Shown here one piece after another: positions 39,370 to 52,262 of a DNA stretch of 64,000 bases. Position 1 is the stretch's first letter. The number at the start of each line of letters is the position of its first letter. Origin of the DNA: Raillietiella orientalis (lineage: Eukaryota). The stretch spans positions 1,178,001 through 1,242,000 of the forward strand of contig JAYWIR010000035.1 of the NCBI GenBank assembly GCA_036172245.1, read 5' to 3'. A program made the translations under genes and the position numbers. The notes under the pieces were generated by a model, which made no database searches, was not told where the DNA came from, and was given only the letters and a program-made list of their open reading frames with translations.

Positions 39370-40570
39370 CTGGTACTGGACGTTTGTCATTTGAAGGAAG
39401 GAATGGGCAAGCAGACACACATGGTGGTGAAACCATCGAGGTAGGGCAACCAGAATTGTTGGTACGGAGGTGCGATGCTGGAACTTGTCAAAGCACGCGA
39501 GATTTAGGAAAAGACCTTGGCGCTGAGCGTGCCGCCATCAGAATTCGCGAAACAAAAGTCAGCAAAGGCAGACGCTATTATGGACTGCAGTCTGTCTCCA
39601 GTGGAGGGAACTTGACGCCTCGAGAGCCGTGTTCTTTCCTTGAATGGTACACGACTAGAAGGTGGGGAAAGGACGTTTGGGAAAGCCAAGCGGACAGTGA
39701 CATGTGATGACTCATTCAGGTAATGTGCCAGTCTACCAGCCGGGAGGCAAACAAATGGGTGTACTTGCGTCGACTTGGCATCGAGGTGTCCCCACCTGTT
39801 GAATCTGCCCGAAGAGGCAAGCTGGCTGCTCCGCGACTGACAGCGGTTATAACAGCTGCTCAGGCTAACCGTGCGCGAACTTCCCAGAGACTCAGAGATC
39901 GCCTGTAGGCACCAGCAACCCAAATGGGCACTCAAAGAGTTCACACTTTGCCCAGCTGAAGGGAAACGGAACAGGCTCAGCATCTGCTTCGAAGCATCAC
40001 CCCCTGCACACAAGAGGGCAACCGAGATTCGCAGAATACTGAGAATACTGGTTCATCCACAAGGTCTAACTAAACCCCTTGTCAGGGAGAAAGCTGACCG
40101 TAAGTGCAGGAGATTTAGGACATGAGAGGAGTCCCTACGACACTCCCCCAGTAACTGCGCAAGCCTCCGACTGATGATAATCGTGGATCGCGGCGAACTG
40201 GGAGAGATCAAGAGGCCACCCTCAAACAATGGGAAATGATGCTTCCAACCGGTCCACCCAGGCTGAAGCCAGAGTTGAACGCTACACGCTGGAGGAACGG
40301 GCGTCAACATTGACATTGCGAGAGCTCCTCCATTCACTGGAAGACGCTAGGCGGGAAGAGAGCGAGGCCCGAGGATCGGTCCTATACTTCGCCCCAAAAG
40401 GGGTTCCGGTCACAGTCAAAGGGGATTGCTGTAGAAGCCTAGGGATCGTGGAGGGAGACAGTGTGCTAGAGATATCGGGGAAAAAAAAAAACGGTCAGAC
40501 AGTCGAAGGGAAGAGGTGGTCTCCACGTGAATCCATCATCCGAGGGACATACTCTGTAAGCACTTGATGG
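39370..40570 (+). mobile_element. GC/purine-rich decayed element, possibly a LINE ORF1 remnant
   Basis: Compositional block with overlapping broken ORFs (e.g. SVLYFAPKGVPVTVKGD, KWVYLRRLG). No diagnostic motif found. Confidence 0.25.
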
Positions 40571-42305
40571 GACACGGACCCAGATGAGCGCTTCCTCCTA
40601 GCGAATTCTTCCAGAAGACCACGAGTCGGGTCAAACAGCCAGGCTGAACAAATGATGCAGAGTTTCCCTCCAGTTCTTCATACCCCTCCAAGCATCATTG
40701 TAGGACGGTCAGAACTGTTTTCAGGATGGTGCTCTGGTACGTGCTGTGCCCTCTTGGGCAAAAGGTCTTCCTACCACTACTTACATAAGAGAAGCATCTC
40801 TTTGCATCGGAATGCCCTCAGACACATCCTGAGCTTGGTCATCCTGATGAAATGGATCGTCCGAAATGAGTGCAGTCACAAGATTTATTGCTCCTGTTCT
40901 TTCAAATGGACCTCCCTGCGTTTGCTTTGGTGGTGCCACTGCTTTCCAATGGTTCCGTGAGCCAGTGGCAAGGGTCGATGACAACTTTAGCAAACTGCAA
41001 CTTGATCTCATTGCTTTCCCATTATCTCTTAGCAAGTGCCTCTCTTCCTCTAACCAGTTAACTCTTCGAGATTCTTTTACACTCTGCTAAGAGTCCCTGC
41101 TGTGGTTTCAATTGAAAATGGATTCGCATTCTGACAAATCATACTAATGAGCGTGCAACCGTTCATTGGTTCTCATCCATGAGGTTTCCTTCCTTAACTT
41201 CCTTCCATCCTTGTGTATTCCTGATTTCCGACTCTTTTGAGCTCATTTTTGATTACTTTCCATCAATCCTTTTCATCTTTACCATTGAGCTTTCGGAAAC
41301 ACTCTTGAGGACATAAGGAACTTACTTGACTTCAAGTTACATGCTCCTCCTAAATTTCCCTATTTTCTTCCTGGTGAACTTTAGCTTGGTTTTTTATCTG
41401 TGAACTTCAGATTAATCGGATCTAAGAAAAAAAAGGTCAGATAAAAAATACAGATAAGGGACAAATTGCATCAGGAAAGCAGATGTCAAGATTCTGCATT
41501 TTATAAACTACAGGGCTAGTGGGTGCAATCCAGAGAATAACGCAGTATTCTCTGGAGAGGGATTATTTCTGACTTGTCCCAAGAACTTCGAAACGCTTCA
41601 GAATTAATATCAGATGTCATTTGGGGGCCTTCTACCATTTCCATTCTGGTCCAATGCATACCCTAAATAATTGCGTAAGAAGACGATCTTGGTATCATTC
41701 GGAAGCTACCGATAATGATTTCATCGAAAGTTAATATAATCCAAACAAAATAATGAAGATTCACTCTTTCGAGTGCCACAAAAGAAAAGGATGACATTAT
41801 GACGTAGAAAATTCGTAGAAAATTTCTCGCATCTCCATTCCGAATGTTTTTTGTCCGTGTGAGAATCAGATCTTATTTTTCTTTTCTTTTTTTCTTCTCT
41901 TTTGTGAACCATGAGGATGTCTTTAAACAAAGTTTCAGGCAAGATGTGCTTTCGCTCGCATCCTGTATTGAGTGAATGAATGGATGGAGCAGGTCAATGG
42001 CGCTCTGACGCGATCTATGTATTTAATTAGTGACTCCATGGGAATTTTCGTGGGAGACTTACATAGTGAAATGATAAACTGGAAGACAAACTCTTTTCAA
42101 GGACCCTACTCACCCAGCAGTCGCCTTGGAGCTGCACAGGGAAAAACGAAAACTACATGCATGCATTTACGAGCAAAAAAAGAAGGAATTCAAGAAAAGT
42201 GTGAGGCCAGGATGCATGGTTTCATATGACAAGAAATCTGCAGTTGCAGAGATCGTTCCAGTGTTCCAGCGGAGTTCTTCCAGTGCTTCGCAGCGAAACT
42301 CATCT

Positions 42306-44807
42306 CCCTGGTGCTGAGCCTTTCTACACTGATGCGAGAGACGGACAATGTCCCGGCCTCGTTTCGCTCAGCAAGGGTGCGTCTCCTGCCGAAAGGCGGA
42401 GACATGCGCCAATTAAACAACTGGCGTCCGATTACCTTGGTGAATTCGGACGTCAAGTTCTCTAAGCTCTGGGTCGCGCGCCTAGGCAAGATCGCGGGAT
42501 CCGTGGTAAGTCCGGAACAGTCCTACGCTGTTCCCGGATGGTCCATGGAGGTGAACCTGTTCTTCGCGCGCACGTGGCTCGAGCTACAGAGATGCGTGGC
42601 GCACGACAGCCAGCGATCAGCAGCTGCGGTTGCCGCGGCTAGGCGAAGGTACATTCAGCCTGAGGAAGCGCCGGGTGCCTTGGCGGTCGCGGTCGATCTC
42701 CACAAGGCGTTCGACTGTGTAAATCAGGATCTCCTTCTGGAGCTCCTGGAACACCTCGGTCTCCCGGTGCACCTCGTGGCCTATTTGCGCGCATGCTGGC
42801 GCCACGCGCTCATCTCCATCGGTTTCAGCGGCTGCCACGTGTACGGCGTGCAGGTGCGGCGGGGCATCAGGCAGGGCGATAGTTTAAGCCCGTTGCTCTT
42901 CAGCATCTTCTTTGAGTTGGTGCCGAGGGCGTACAGGCTGACACTGGTCAGCCTGCCGAGCTCTTGTCCAGGTACGCCGTCCGTGGCGGCATATGCCGAT
43001 GATCTGCTTCTCCTTTTACCTATGACCACCCCGGCGTGCAGTCTTGAGGATTTCTTAGAGCTGATTCGCCTTGGAGCGGGCATGAGCGTAAACCGGAGCA
43101 AGAGCGTGGTCGTTCCTGTTGGTGCGGCGTGGGAGGGGCAGTCCGACTGGATCCGCCTGGGGATCCCGACTGCTACGTCTTTCCAATACTTAGGCGTCCC
43201 GCTAGGGAACATCAGCCCAGTGGAAGCGTGGTCGGACTACCTTCGGAAGGCTACGAGTGCTTTAAGCCCGTTCCACCTTGGCAGGTTCCTCCCTCCGGAG
43301 CGGGCCACCGTATGGAACACCTTCGTTGCCCCCCTCTTAAGCCCCCTGTCTTTTGTTTGCCCGCCCCCCTACTCGGCCAAGCTCCAGGTGCAAAGCCTGT
43401 TGAGACCTCTGTGGGGACCCGCGAAGTCCAGGATCCGCCTCAAAGACTTGGCGCCTCCGCATCGGGATGCCGGCTTGGGCATCCTGACTCTGGAGAGGAT
43501 TGAACTGCAATTGCAGTTACGAATGTTGGCCCTGTGCGCCAACCTCTGGTCCACTCCGTGGTGTGCTCCCGCGCGCCTGCTACTGAGGCGCTGCACCGGC
43601 AGCGAAAGACTTCTGTCGCTCCGGCCACATACGGAGCTCGCCACGAGAAGCTTCGGTTTGCCCTTGAAACCGCTTTACCGGCTCCTGGTAGCCCACGCAT
43701 GGATCTTTTGCCGCCCAACGAACTTTGACGCCTGGCGGCAGGAATCGTTGCATGCCTGGGCAAAGCAACAGGATGTTTCCCTCTTGGAACTCCGTTGCGC
43801 CAACCTCTCTCCGTACTGTACGGTGGATGAGGTCTGGAACAGTCAGAAGTGGACTCGCCTGGTCGTCACGCCCCTCGCCGACGCGCTGTCAGCCCTGAGA
43901 GCAAGTGATGACAGCTACCTACCGGCGAGGTGGGAGGTCGCCTGCACCATCGCAGGAGCAACCCGATCCATAGGCGGCTGGAGGACTAGCGAGCTGGCAG
44001 ACGCCGCCACGCCTAGCAAGGGACTCCTTCGGCGGAGCGAACTTTTGAGTGTGCCCTCCGAAGAAATTGTGGTCCCTCCCTCCTGTTTAAACACTTCTGT
44101 GTTCCCTTTGAACTGGAAACAGGACGTCATTATGTTGGTTCATTGGGATTTTCACTCCAATTAACGAACGAACCGTGTTTCCGGGGGAGTTGTCTCCCCG
44201 AACTGTAAACGGTGCGGGGACGTGGAAACGCTCCCGCATCTGCTCTTGGATTGCGGTGTCCTCCAAGGGCTGTGGCGGAGGCTGGCCTCAGCTTTCTTGC
44301 TCCAGGGGGACACCGCAAGGAATTTGATGCGCCGCTTCTTCACGCCAGGCGGCCTGTCCTTAGGTGCTGTCATCGCAACGGTCTGTTGCACCCGCCCCAT
44401 CGACAAGGCCCACCGAGAGCTGGAGAAGCTGGCGATTCGTCGTCAGGCCACCGGAATAGCCGGCGAGAACATGTCGTCGGCTGCCGAGTGGGCCCATCTT
44501 CCGGAAGACGCAAGGAACGAGATCTCCGGCATCCAACGCCAGTTCTGAAAGGAATGAACGGCCGAAGCCAAATACCCCTGTCCCCTCCCCTCCCCATGTT
44601 TTTATTTATATTTTTTTACATGTCTATTTGTGGTCCCCTCCCTCCCGTTCTGGACTTTCGGATTTACCGACCTATGTGTCGGGGATCCTCCCGCTTCGTT
44701 TTTTCTGTCCTTTGTCCGGGGACTCTGTTCCCGGATAGTTTAGCAATAAACACTCCGGCGCACCCGGGCGAGAAACAGCCTCTCCACTCAACCCAGGGGG
44801 GTTTCCC
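42306..44807 (+). mobile_element. 5'-truncated non-LTR retrotransposon (L1/Tx1-like LINE), RT plus C-terminal CCHC zinc finger, flanked by a 5-bp TSD CATCT
   Basis: Sharp GC-rich block. CATCT occurs at 42301-42305 and 44808-44812. The 3' UTR has a C/T-rich tract and AATAAA at 44745. No endonuclease domain is present (truncated). Confidence 0.9.
42311..44548 (+). pseudogene. LINE ORF2 reverse transcriptase (truncated), interrupted by TAA at 44162-44164 before the zinc finger
   Basis: Motifs WRPITLVNSD.K, SPEQ, DLHKAFD, GIRQGDSLSPLLF, YADD, VNRSKS, YLGVPL. After the stop the same frame reads CKRCGDVETLPHLLLDC. Confidence 0.9.
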
Positions 44808-47800
44808 CATCTTGATCTAGGTTCTTTAGATTGAATGCATAAACTTTGACAAACGTTCAAATCAGTTGATTGGAAGAAGGGACTTTCCAAGAACAAAGCA
44901 TCTACATTATCACCAATATCTTTGTTTCAGCGACAAAAAACCTGCTATTAATGTTTTCCTGATTCAACTTTAACACTACTTTCCTGTCAAGCCAAGAGAT
45001 CGCAATTAAGATCTTGGCTTTTGCCGACCAAAGCTTCTGTATTTCAGCTGATTTTTCAGGTCATTTTTCAGCTGATATTCTCGAAATGATCGAATAAGAT
45101 CCAATAGGTCATCAGCAGCAATCGACTTGAAATCTTCGAAAAGCAGTTATTCCCTTCTCTTGATACTGTACTCGGTAGTCACAGGGAACTTGAAAGTTTT
45201 GATGACTCGTAAGATTATTCGGATTGCAATCATGAGACCATGCAGAATGTGAGCCTCTATTTTCAGACAGACTCATTCCTATTTACGGAGAGTGCAGTGA
45301 GCACTTCCTGGTTTTCTTTCACTTTTCTCTTCTTGCACAACAAAGTATAAAGTAACTGGTGCTTTACCTTATTCTTTGAGACATCGGAACAGAGCATATA
45401 ATCGTGCGCACCTTTCTCTATTCTGATCTCTCAGTGCGTAAACATCTTTACTTTCAAAGATTTTAGATTCCATGACATTTTCCTTGAATGTGGTTGCATG
45501 GGATATGAATAAGCATTTCCGTGCATTCCGTGGCCTTGCTTTACTGTTTAGATCATCAGAGCGCAGTAAGCGAAACCAAGCTAGAAAATAGCATTTATGA
45601 GTCTCAAGGTGTTGTGATTCTTCACATGCTCTCCATGTCTTCGAAATGTAATCCAAAAACAGATATGAACATCACTAAAACGTCGCATGCATAGAAAATG
45701 GGCAAATTTCACGAACATGTCTTCCATAAAGAAATTGCATGAACTCCAAGATCCAAAGCAGATTGTTTTACACTGAGCATCCTGCACATTTTAAGAGCAC
45801 AGTAGATCAAGAGCTCACAGGATGGCAGACCGAAAAGGTCCAACTAAACTGTCATTGATTCATGTTTTCGTTAGGGAGCACTGGCGACTCAGACAAGGTT
45901 GCAGCTGTAAGAGCTTGTGACCTGGATGTAATTTCAAAGAGGGACATTAACTTTGACACTTGGATTTACTCAGTTATTCTGTCTTATGAGCGGAAATGGT
46001 GTTCATTTTGTTTTCATGACAAGATTGTTTATGAACTCTCGTACTCATCACAGCAAACTCTCATAAAAACATCCTCATTTCCTCATAACCCTTTCTCCCT
46101 TTGTGGAACATCCTGGTCCCTTTGTGAGTGTCAAGCAGTCAGTATGATCGTCATAGAACAGAGATTGCACTATCTCCCTAGCGACCAGTATCAGTTGACT
46201 AAGCGCTTGTTCTCAAGAGTGCTTTTCATTTCTTATGAATGATATTTTGTAAGTCGATGGTTTGCACACAAATTACAGATTTACATTCGGCTTTCTGAAA
46301 TCCAGTTTGCATTTTCTAAAGCTATCTTCTTAATAGAATAGACCTTTATGCTCTGAGACGGAAGACAGTGAATACTGTCCTGCACAACTCATGTTGAGTT
46401 GCAATTCTTGACCCCTTGAATTCTTGGAAATCCCCTCAACTTAGTGTTGGTTCTATATTCAGCATTGAAGTCTGGTAATGACTTAAGGCACTCTCGGCAC
46501 TCTCACCTTCTTCCTCTTTTGCATGCATACAACAAAAACCCTTCGGTTTCGCCTTGTAAAAACTACATCATCGAATAATTTTAACTGTTCAAGCACGATA
46601 AGAACTTCTTATATATGAGAAAGATTATAGGGATTTTCATCATAAGTTAAGGCATTTTCTCAACTCCAAAAGATTTATCTCATCGTGAAGTCTAGAGGTC
46701 CACAAAAAATAGCTCTTATATCACCATATCGTATGTTTTCAGCTCTTCTCAATTGGGCACAGGGTATATCAGAGGGATTATAACAGATTCTGAGTTACTG
46801 AAGAGGATTTAAATGAGCATCAGGGTAAATGAGGGCTCTCATAGTAGAGAACGCAGTACAAGGACAGACAACGAAAGACTGAACACTTGTCGCCAACTTC
46901 AGTCTAATAGATCAAATTATGCATAATCTTTGTCTATGTAGCATAGAATTCGATTTTCCTCACTGACTTCCTTTTTCTTTTCTTTTCTTTTCGCGTCCTA
47001 GCCGACCACAGTGGCCCCTAAAACAAGTCGATCTCGCATTTCATATGAAGACTTCGGGGTCCGCTTTTTCAAGCAGTGCACTTTCATTCAGCGTAGATCT
47101 TAGGATCAATGAGCGTCCGTCCTGGAAGAAACACCGAATTCAGTCTTTGCCGTTTAATAGACCCTAAAAGGAGATGCCTTTTATATATGCTAGCGACTTT
47201 GAAACCACATGTAGCTGGGTGGATAAGATGCATAAAGCTTCACTAATGAGTGTTTGTGGGATCCATTACTGAGTTTTCTCTTTTTTGTCTCCGTCTTCAG
47301 ACCAGTGATTATCTTACATTTCTATTGTCTCTTAGGCACGAGAGAGCATCACTGACGAGAAAGTTCAGTTCCATCTGTTTTGGACCAGGTATCAAATTCA
47401 CTGTCATACAGATTGATGCTCAGTCACTTTACAACTCTCAAAGCATTCATAGACATCCCAGGATAGCTTTCGAACCAAAATATAGTATCAGATATCCTTA
47501 CAAAAAGTGACCTCTTTTCCGGAACTACTGGAAACATCCTTATAAAAATCATTCGCATGACTAGAGCCTTCTCTAGCTCATTGCGATTTTCATGAACCTT
47601 CATTTCATGCAATTTCCTTGTAAAGTAGTTGAGGAAGATTTATCCTTCTACTTTATGCTACACTGAACCTTCCCTTGGTTGAGAGTATTGCAAGGGGTCA
47701 CCCGATTGCTCATCTCATAAAACCTTATGGTCTATCTCGTTTTCGTAAAAGGTGCTCAGTGTTGGCTATTCGTTCGATTAGAATTAACTTCACACTTCGC

Positions 47801-50800
47801 ACTGCCATCAGTCAAACTGTTGTCGTTAATTCTTTTCATTTCACCAAGTCTTTCTGTATTCGAGACCGATGGACACACAACTTGCTAAATTGGCATTTTT
47901 TACCAGCCCAAGTGACCTAACCACCAAGTACATTAATTAGTTTCCCTAAAAAGCCGAAAAGACTTATTAAACGATTCTTATCAAATGAAGAATCATGGGC
48001 CTTATCTCAGCAGATATGCTGCTTTGCAACACTTACTTCTGCTTGATAGCAAATCATATGGCTTTGCACATTCAGTTCATGATGCCCAGATCAACGTTTC
48101 GTGCACTATATGGTCCCATATAATTATGAGATTGATTTTTTTCTACGGATCCATTTCTCCTAAGCATTATCTTCCAGCCTAGAGATAACAAGAACCACAC
48201 GCAGAAGCATCGTTTCATGACAAGATATGAGCTGTTATCTTGATCTTTCGATGACTTCAGATTCATATCCTTGAAACTACTGCATAGAGGAAATCTGAAT
48301 GATAATGTTCATGTGTACATCCATGTGGAGAGCTCAAGAAGAAGAATAATTCAGATTATGTGCTTAATAAAACCTCATTCTTTGAAAACTCGAATGTTTG
48401 CTCTTTAACTGCTTAAGACAATCTCAAGTGTCAGATACACGAGATTGAGCACCTATAAGGTAGTGCAGTTTGGTAATCAGTGCATTCTATCACTCATAGA
48501 ATGCAACATTTTTACTGCATTTTCTGTAACCAGGGTTTCCTCATGGGGGAATGCTTCTGCATAATTTTATGTCACTGCCTCTACATCAATACATTTCGAA
48601 TATCGCGCCTGTTTCTTCTACCGTTTCCGCCTTCAAATGATTAGCACTTTCTAGTGAAAAAAAGCCTGTTCTGTTTTTCTTTTTTGCTACCATTTACTAA
48701 TGTATTCTTTGCCTTCATAATTAACACAGAACAGCTAAGCACTTTTCCATTCACAAACGGTTATTTTCAAAGTGAAGGAAAAGTCCGTGCTGCATCTCGA
48801 CGACTTCATGCTAAAAATTCCAACTCTAATAATCTTTCACCGTTAAAGGAAACACTGCGACAAAAATGCAAGTTACTATTCGCAACCTCAATAGCAAGTT
48901 GCTTTTATTGGAATACCAGAAGGTCATCTTCTAGAGGAAGGCACTGAAAGTTGTTCCCTTGCTCCAACTGACAGCGCAGACGTTTTATTCTTCGAGGTGG
49001 TCTCCGAAATAACGTTCTGAATTATATGATTCCTATTTGGGACAAAGATGTATTCCATTTCGGGTTGTGCACATACATGAGACTAAAATTCAGTTGATGA
49101 ATGGTTTCAAACAGGTACCGTAGCATCCGATTCTAATCTAGGAAAGACTGTTGTCTTTCTAAGATTAGAGATTTTCCCACATCCAGGCTCAGGAAACTCG
49201 CTACAATATTCTAATGCCTGCCTAACGAAGGCACGATGCAGTTTTTCGTCTGGTAATTTAGTCACCTCTAAACTATCCCCTTCTCTACTCTGTTCACCTT
49301 CCCATTCCTCAGAGATGCGAAGATAGGAGCATGGAATATTAAAGGGGGTACTGAGAACAGTAACTTCCCATTAGCAGCATCCTCAAATGAGATTAAGATA
49401 CCTGAACAGTGTATATTGTAGATTTGAACAACGAATCTCAACGAAACACATTTATTGAAGCAGCACTGGAAGCAGAATGCTTGAACCAATACTATTTAGA
49501 AAATAAGGTAACTTGAATTTTTAAGTTCTTCCAACCAGGTCTAGACTCTTTATGGCTCCCATAAGAGCATGGAATAAATTTTGATAGATGCAAACATCCG
49601 AAGTAATCTGGAAGATTTCTGCTCATACATCATTCAGCACAATTATGAATCCGTTTTGTAGGAACAAAAGACAAACAGCTCAATGCCTATGAACTTGAAG
49701 AAGCCAATTTGTCTTCTTTGCAAAACAAAAGATGAATAAGAATCAATCCTCTCAAATAAGTCATTTTTGAAAGTCACTAATATTTTCCCCTGGACTGTAG
49801 CTATGGTTTACAGAACCTAAACAGGAAGGACAAATTCTGTTGGAAAGCGCAAACTTCGTTCCTACAGAATTTCTGCATCCTTTATGCACTTAAAAGAATG
49901 TCAAAAAATAAAAACAAACTATAGAAAAAATAATAAAACGATCATGTCTAAGACATAATCTGTATGTAGAAGGAAAACAAAAGTGGTAAGCAGCAGTCCG
50001 AATTTCGCTTTTAGAAATCTATGCCACAATCTCATATGCAGGACGCCGTCTCGTATGTGTTACGAGAATCGGAATAAAGTAGCTTACGATTAAAACGATT
50101 TATAATGTTTGTAGCTGAGAGAAAAACGCATGTGATAAAACTTATACTCTAATATCATAAGTCTCATAGCTAAAATATATAGTATTGATATTAAGTTTCT
50201 ACTTGGCGCCAAGCGTAAAAGTCACCTTACCACAAATCCTTTCAGCCTTAGAGTTGCAGACTACTAGCAAACTAGAATATACTTGTGATATGAGCTTGGT
50301 ACAAAGCTGTTTTTAGAGTTGAATAAATCCAACCATAATATGCAAATGGATTTCTTTTTCTCCCTAGGTGTACAATTACACCGTTGGTTATCATTGACCA
50401 CTGAACCTGGACAACTGTAAAATTGCGAAACATCAAATAGTGCATTTAACAGTACAGATATGGAGTTTGAAATTCAATCTCGAATGCTCTGCGTGTTGCA
50501 AGAGCTTGGGAGCAGATAGCCACACAGATAAAAAAAAATTTCAATGTTTTTATAGTCCAGTGTAACCCACTTCTAGAGTGCCATAATTCATTCTTATGGG
50601 ATGCACGTTGGCCAAGTTGTTAAAATGAATTGTGCATTCCTTATTGTGAAAACACCATTCCCCCCCTCTTATCAGATCAACTAGCCAAAATCTTTGTTCC
50701 ATCCTTCGCATCGTTGGAAAAAATGCGTTAAAAAAATGACCAAAGCTCTGATTTCTTAGTCATCCAATTTTTTCTTGAGCAGAACCATCGAACTCCTTTC

Positions 50801-51626
50801 TCTACGTTCACTTTCATATTGTCTATAGAAAAACCGATGACAGTAGATTGTTTATAACAAAACGGTTGGTTCCAACTTCATTTTCTGAATTTAGGATTAA
50901 CTTTTCATATTTTTGGATCAGATTGTGCATTTATTGCAATAAATACTTTAAAAAAAAATACTTTAATCAGATAAGTGACAATTTAAGTGATTAATTCACT
51001 TATTAAACAGGCGATCTCCGAATTCTTAAGAAAATGCATTTTCCGACGAAAGAATGACAATGATTTAAGATAGGTGAAGACAAAATCATGTAGAATGAGA
51101 CATTAAATGAAACAAGATAGACTTTACAGGATATCCTATTTTTCAATCTACGAATAGTTTATCGTTCCGTATTGCTTATATATCAGAAGGTATATTATTC
51201 GTTGGAAACTTTGTATAATAAAACTAAATCCATGAAATAAACGATAGATGAATGTTAAAATAATTATTATCGACGTACTCGTGTGTCAGGAAAATCAAGA
51301 TTCAAGACAGATTGTGTGCTAATGAGTCTGTGCTGGTTTAGAAGGCAGTTGATGTAATTCAAAATGAATTTTGTGTAACTTAAATCATTAAAAAAGCCAC
51401 TTAAATATTCTCAGACTTAATGGACGGATTATTATTCATTGAATCATCAAGTTCTGACTTATTGCTTCTTTATTTTCTTAGCATTTTGAATTGAGCATAT
51501 TTTAAATTATAGCTGTAATCATAAATTTGTAATTAATATGTTAGCATTTTTTTAGCAAAAAGGATTACATGGATTTTATTTTGGGAATATTCTGCGAGAA
51601 CCATGATTTAAGTTTTTAATCTTGGT

Positions 51627-52262
51627 CAGGGTTGCCAATTTAGCTGTTTTTTGGAAACCCATCTAGCGGGTAAAAATATTATATCACGCTGAGCGGGAAT
51701 TCTAGCAGTTTCTAAATCACTGGCCGCCGAAGTTTACGGGTTTTTCATGAGTTTAAAGAAAGTTTTCAATTATGGGTGTTGTAAATAGTCTTAATTAGAA
51801 TCTTGGATATTTTATTCACCCGTTTCAATCTTGGTGGTTGTGGAGGCACATTAATAAGTCATTGTATTGTTGATAAAGATTGTCGAGGAAATAGACTTCC
51901 TTATTATTAAAATATTCTGATATTTGAATTGTGATTCTTGTAGTACATCGGCAAAAGAGTATTTCGCTACAGTTTACAGACTGCTCTGTTTTTTTTAAAC
52001 TATAGGTAATAAGACCGGCAGTGCGGCGTTCTGCTTACGAACGTATCGAACACGTGCCTCAGTAGCTTCATAACATAAATTTCATGTGATCAGCAATTAA
52101 TTGTTAGTTTGAATTTTGTTTTTGTACCATTGAACCTGAAGATTAAATGACATTAAATGTTATAATAATAATAATAAATTCCTAGTTGTTAAAATCTGAA
52201 GATTTTTTCTTGGAAAATCGCAATTGTCGAAGACCACCTATTAACTTTTCTTGGCAACCCTG
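51627..52262. mobile_element. Non-autonomous DNA transposon (MITE), hAT- or P-type, 636 bp
   Basis: Perfect 12-bp TIRs CAGGGTTGCCAA (51627-51638) and TTGGCAACCCTG (52251-52262). Perfect 8-bp TSD ATCTTGGT (51619-51626 and 52263-52270). No coding capacity. Confidence 0.92.

Noticed and set aside
14894..39950. 14-mer GAGTTCACACTTTG at 14894 and 39937
   Set aside because: Several 14-mer matches are expected by chance in 64 kb, and the flanks do not align.
44751..44807. Hammerhead/HDV ribozyme or tRNA-derived interpretation of the LINE 3' motif
   Set aside because: No CUGANGA core with stem II, no HDV pseudoknot and no B-box evident.
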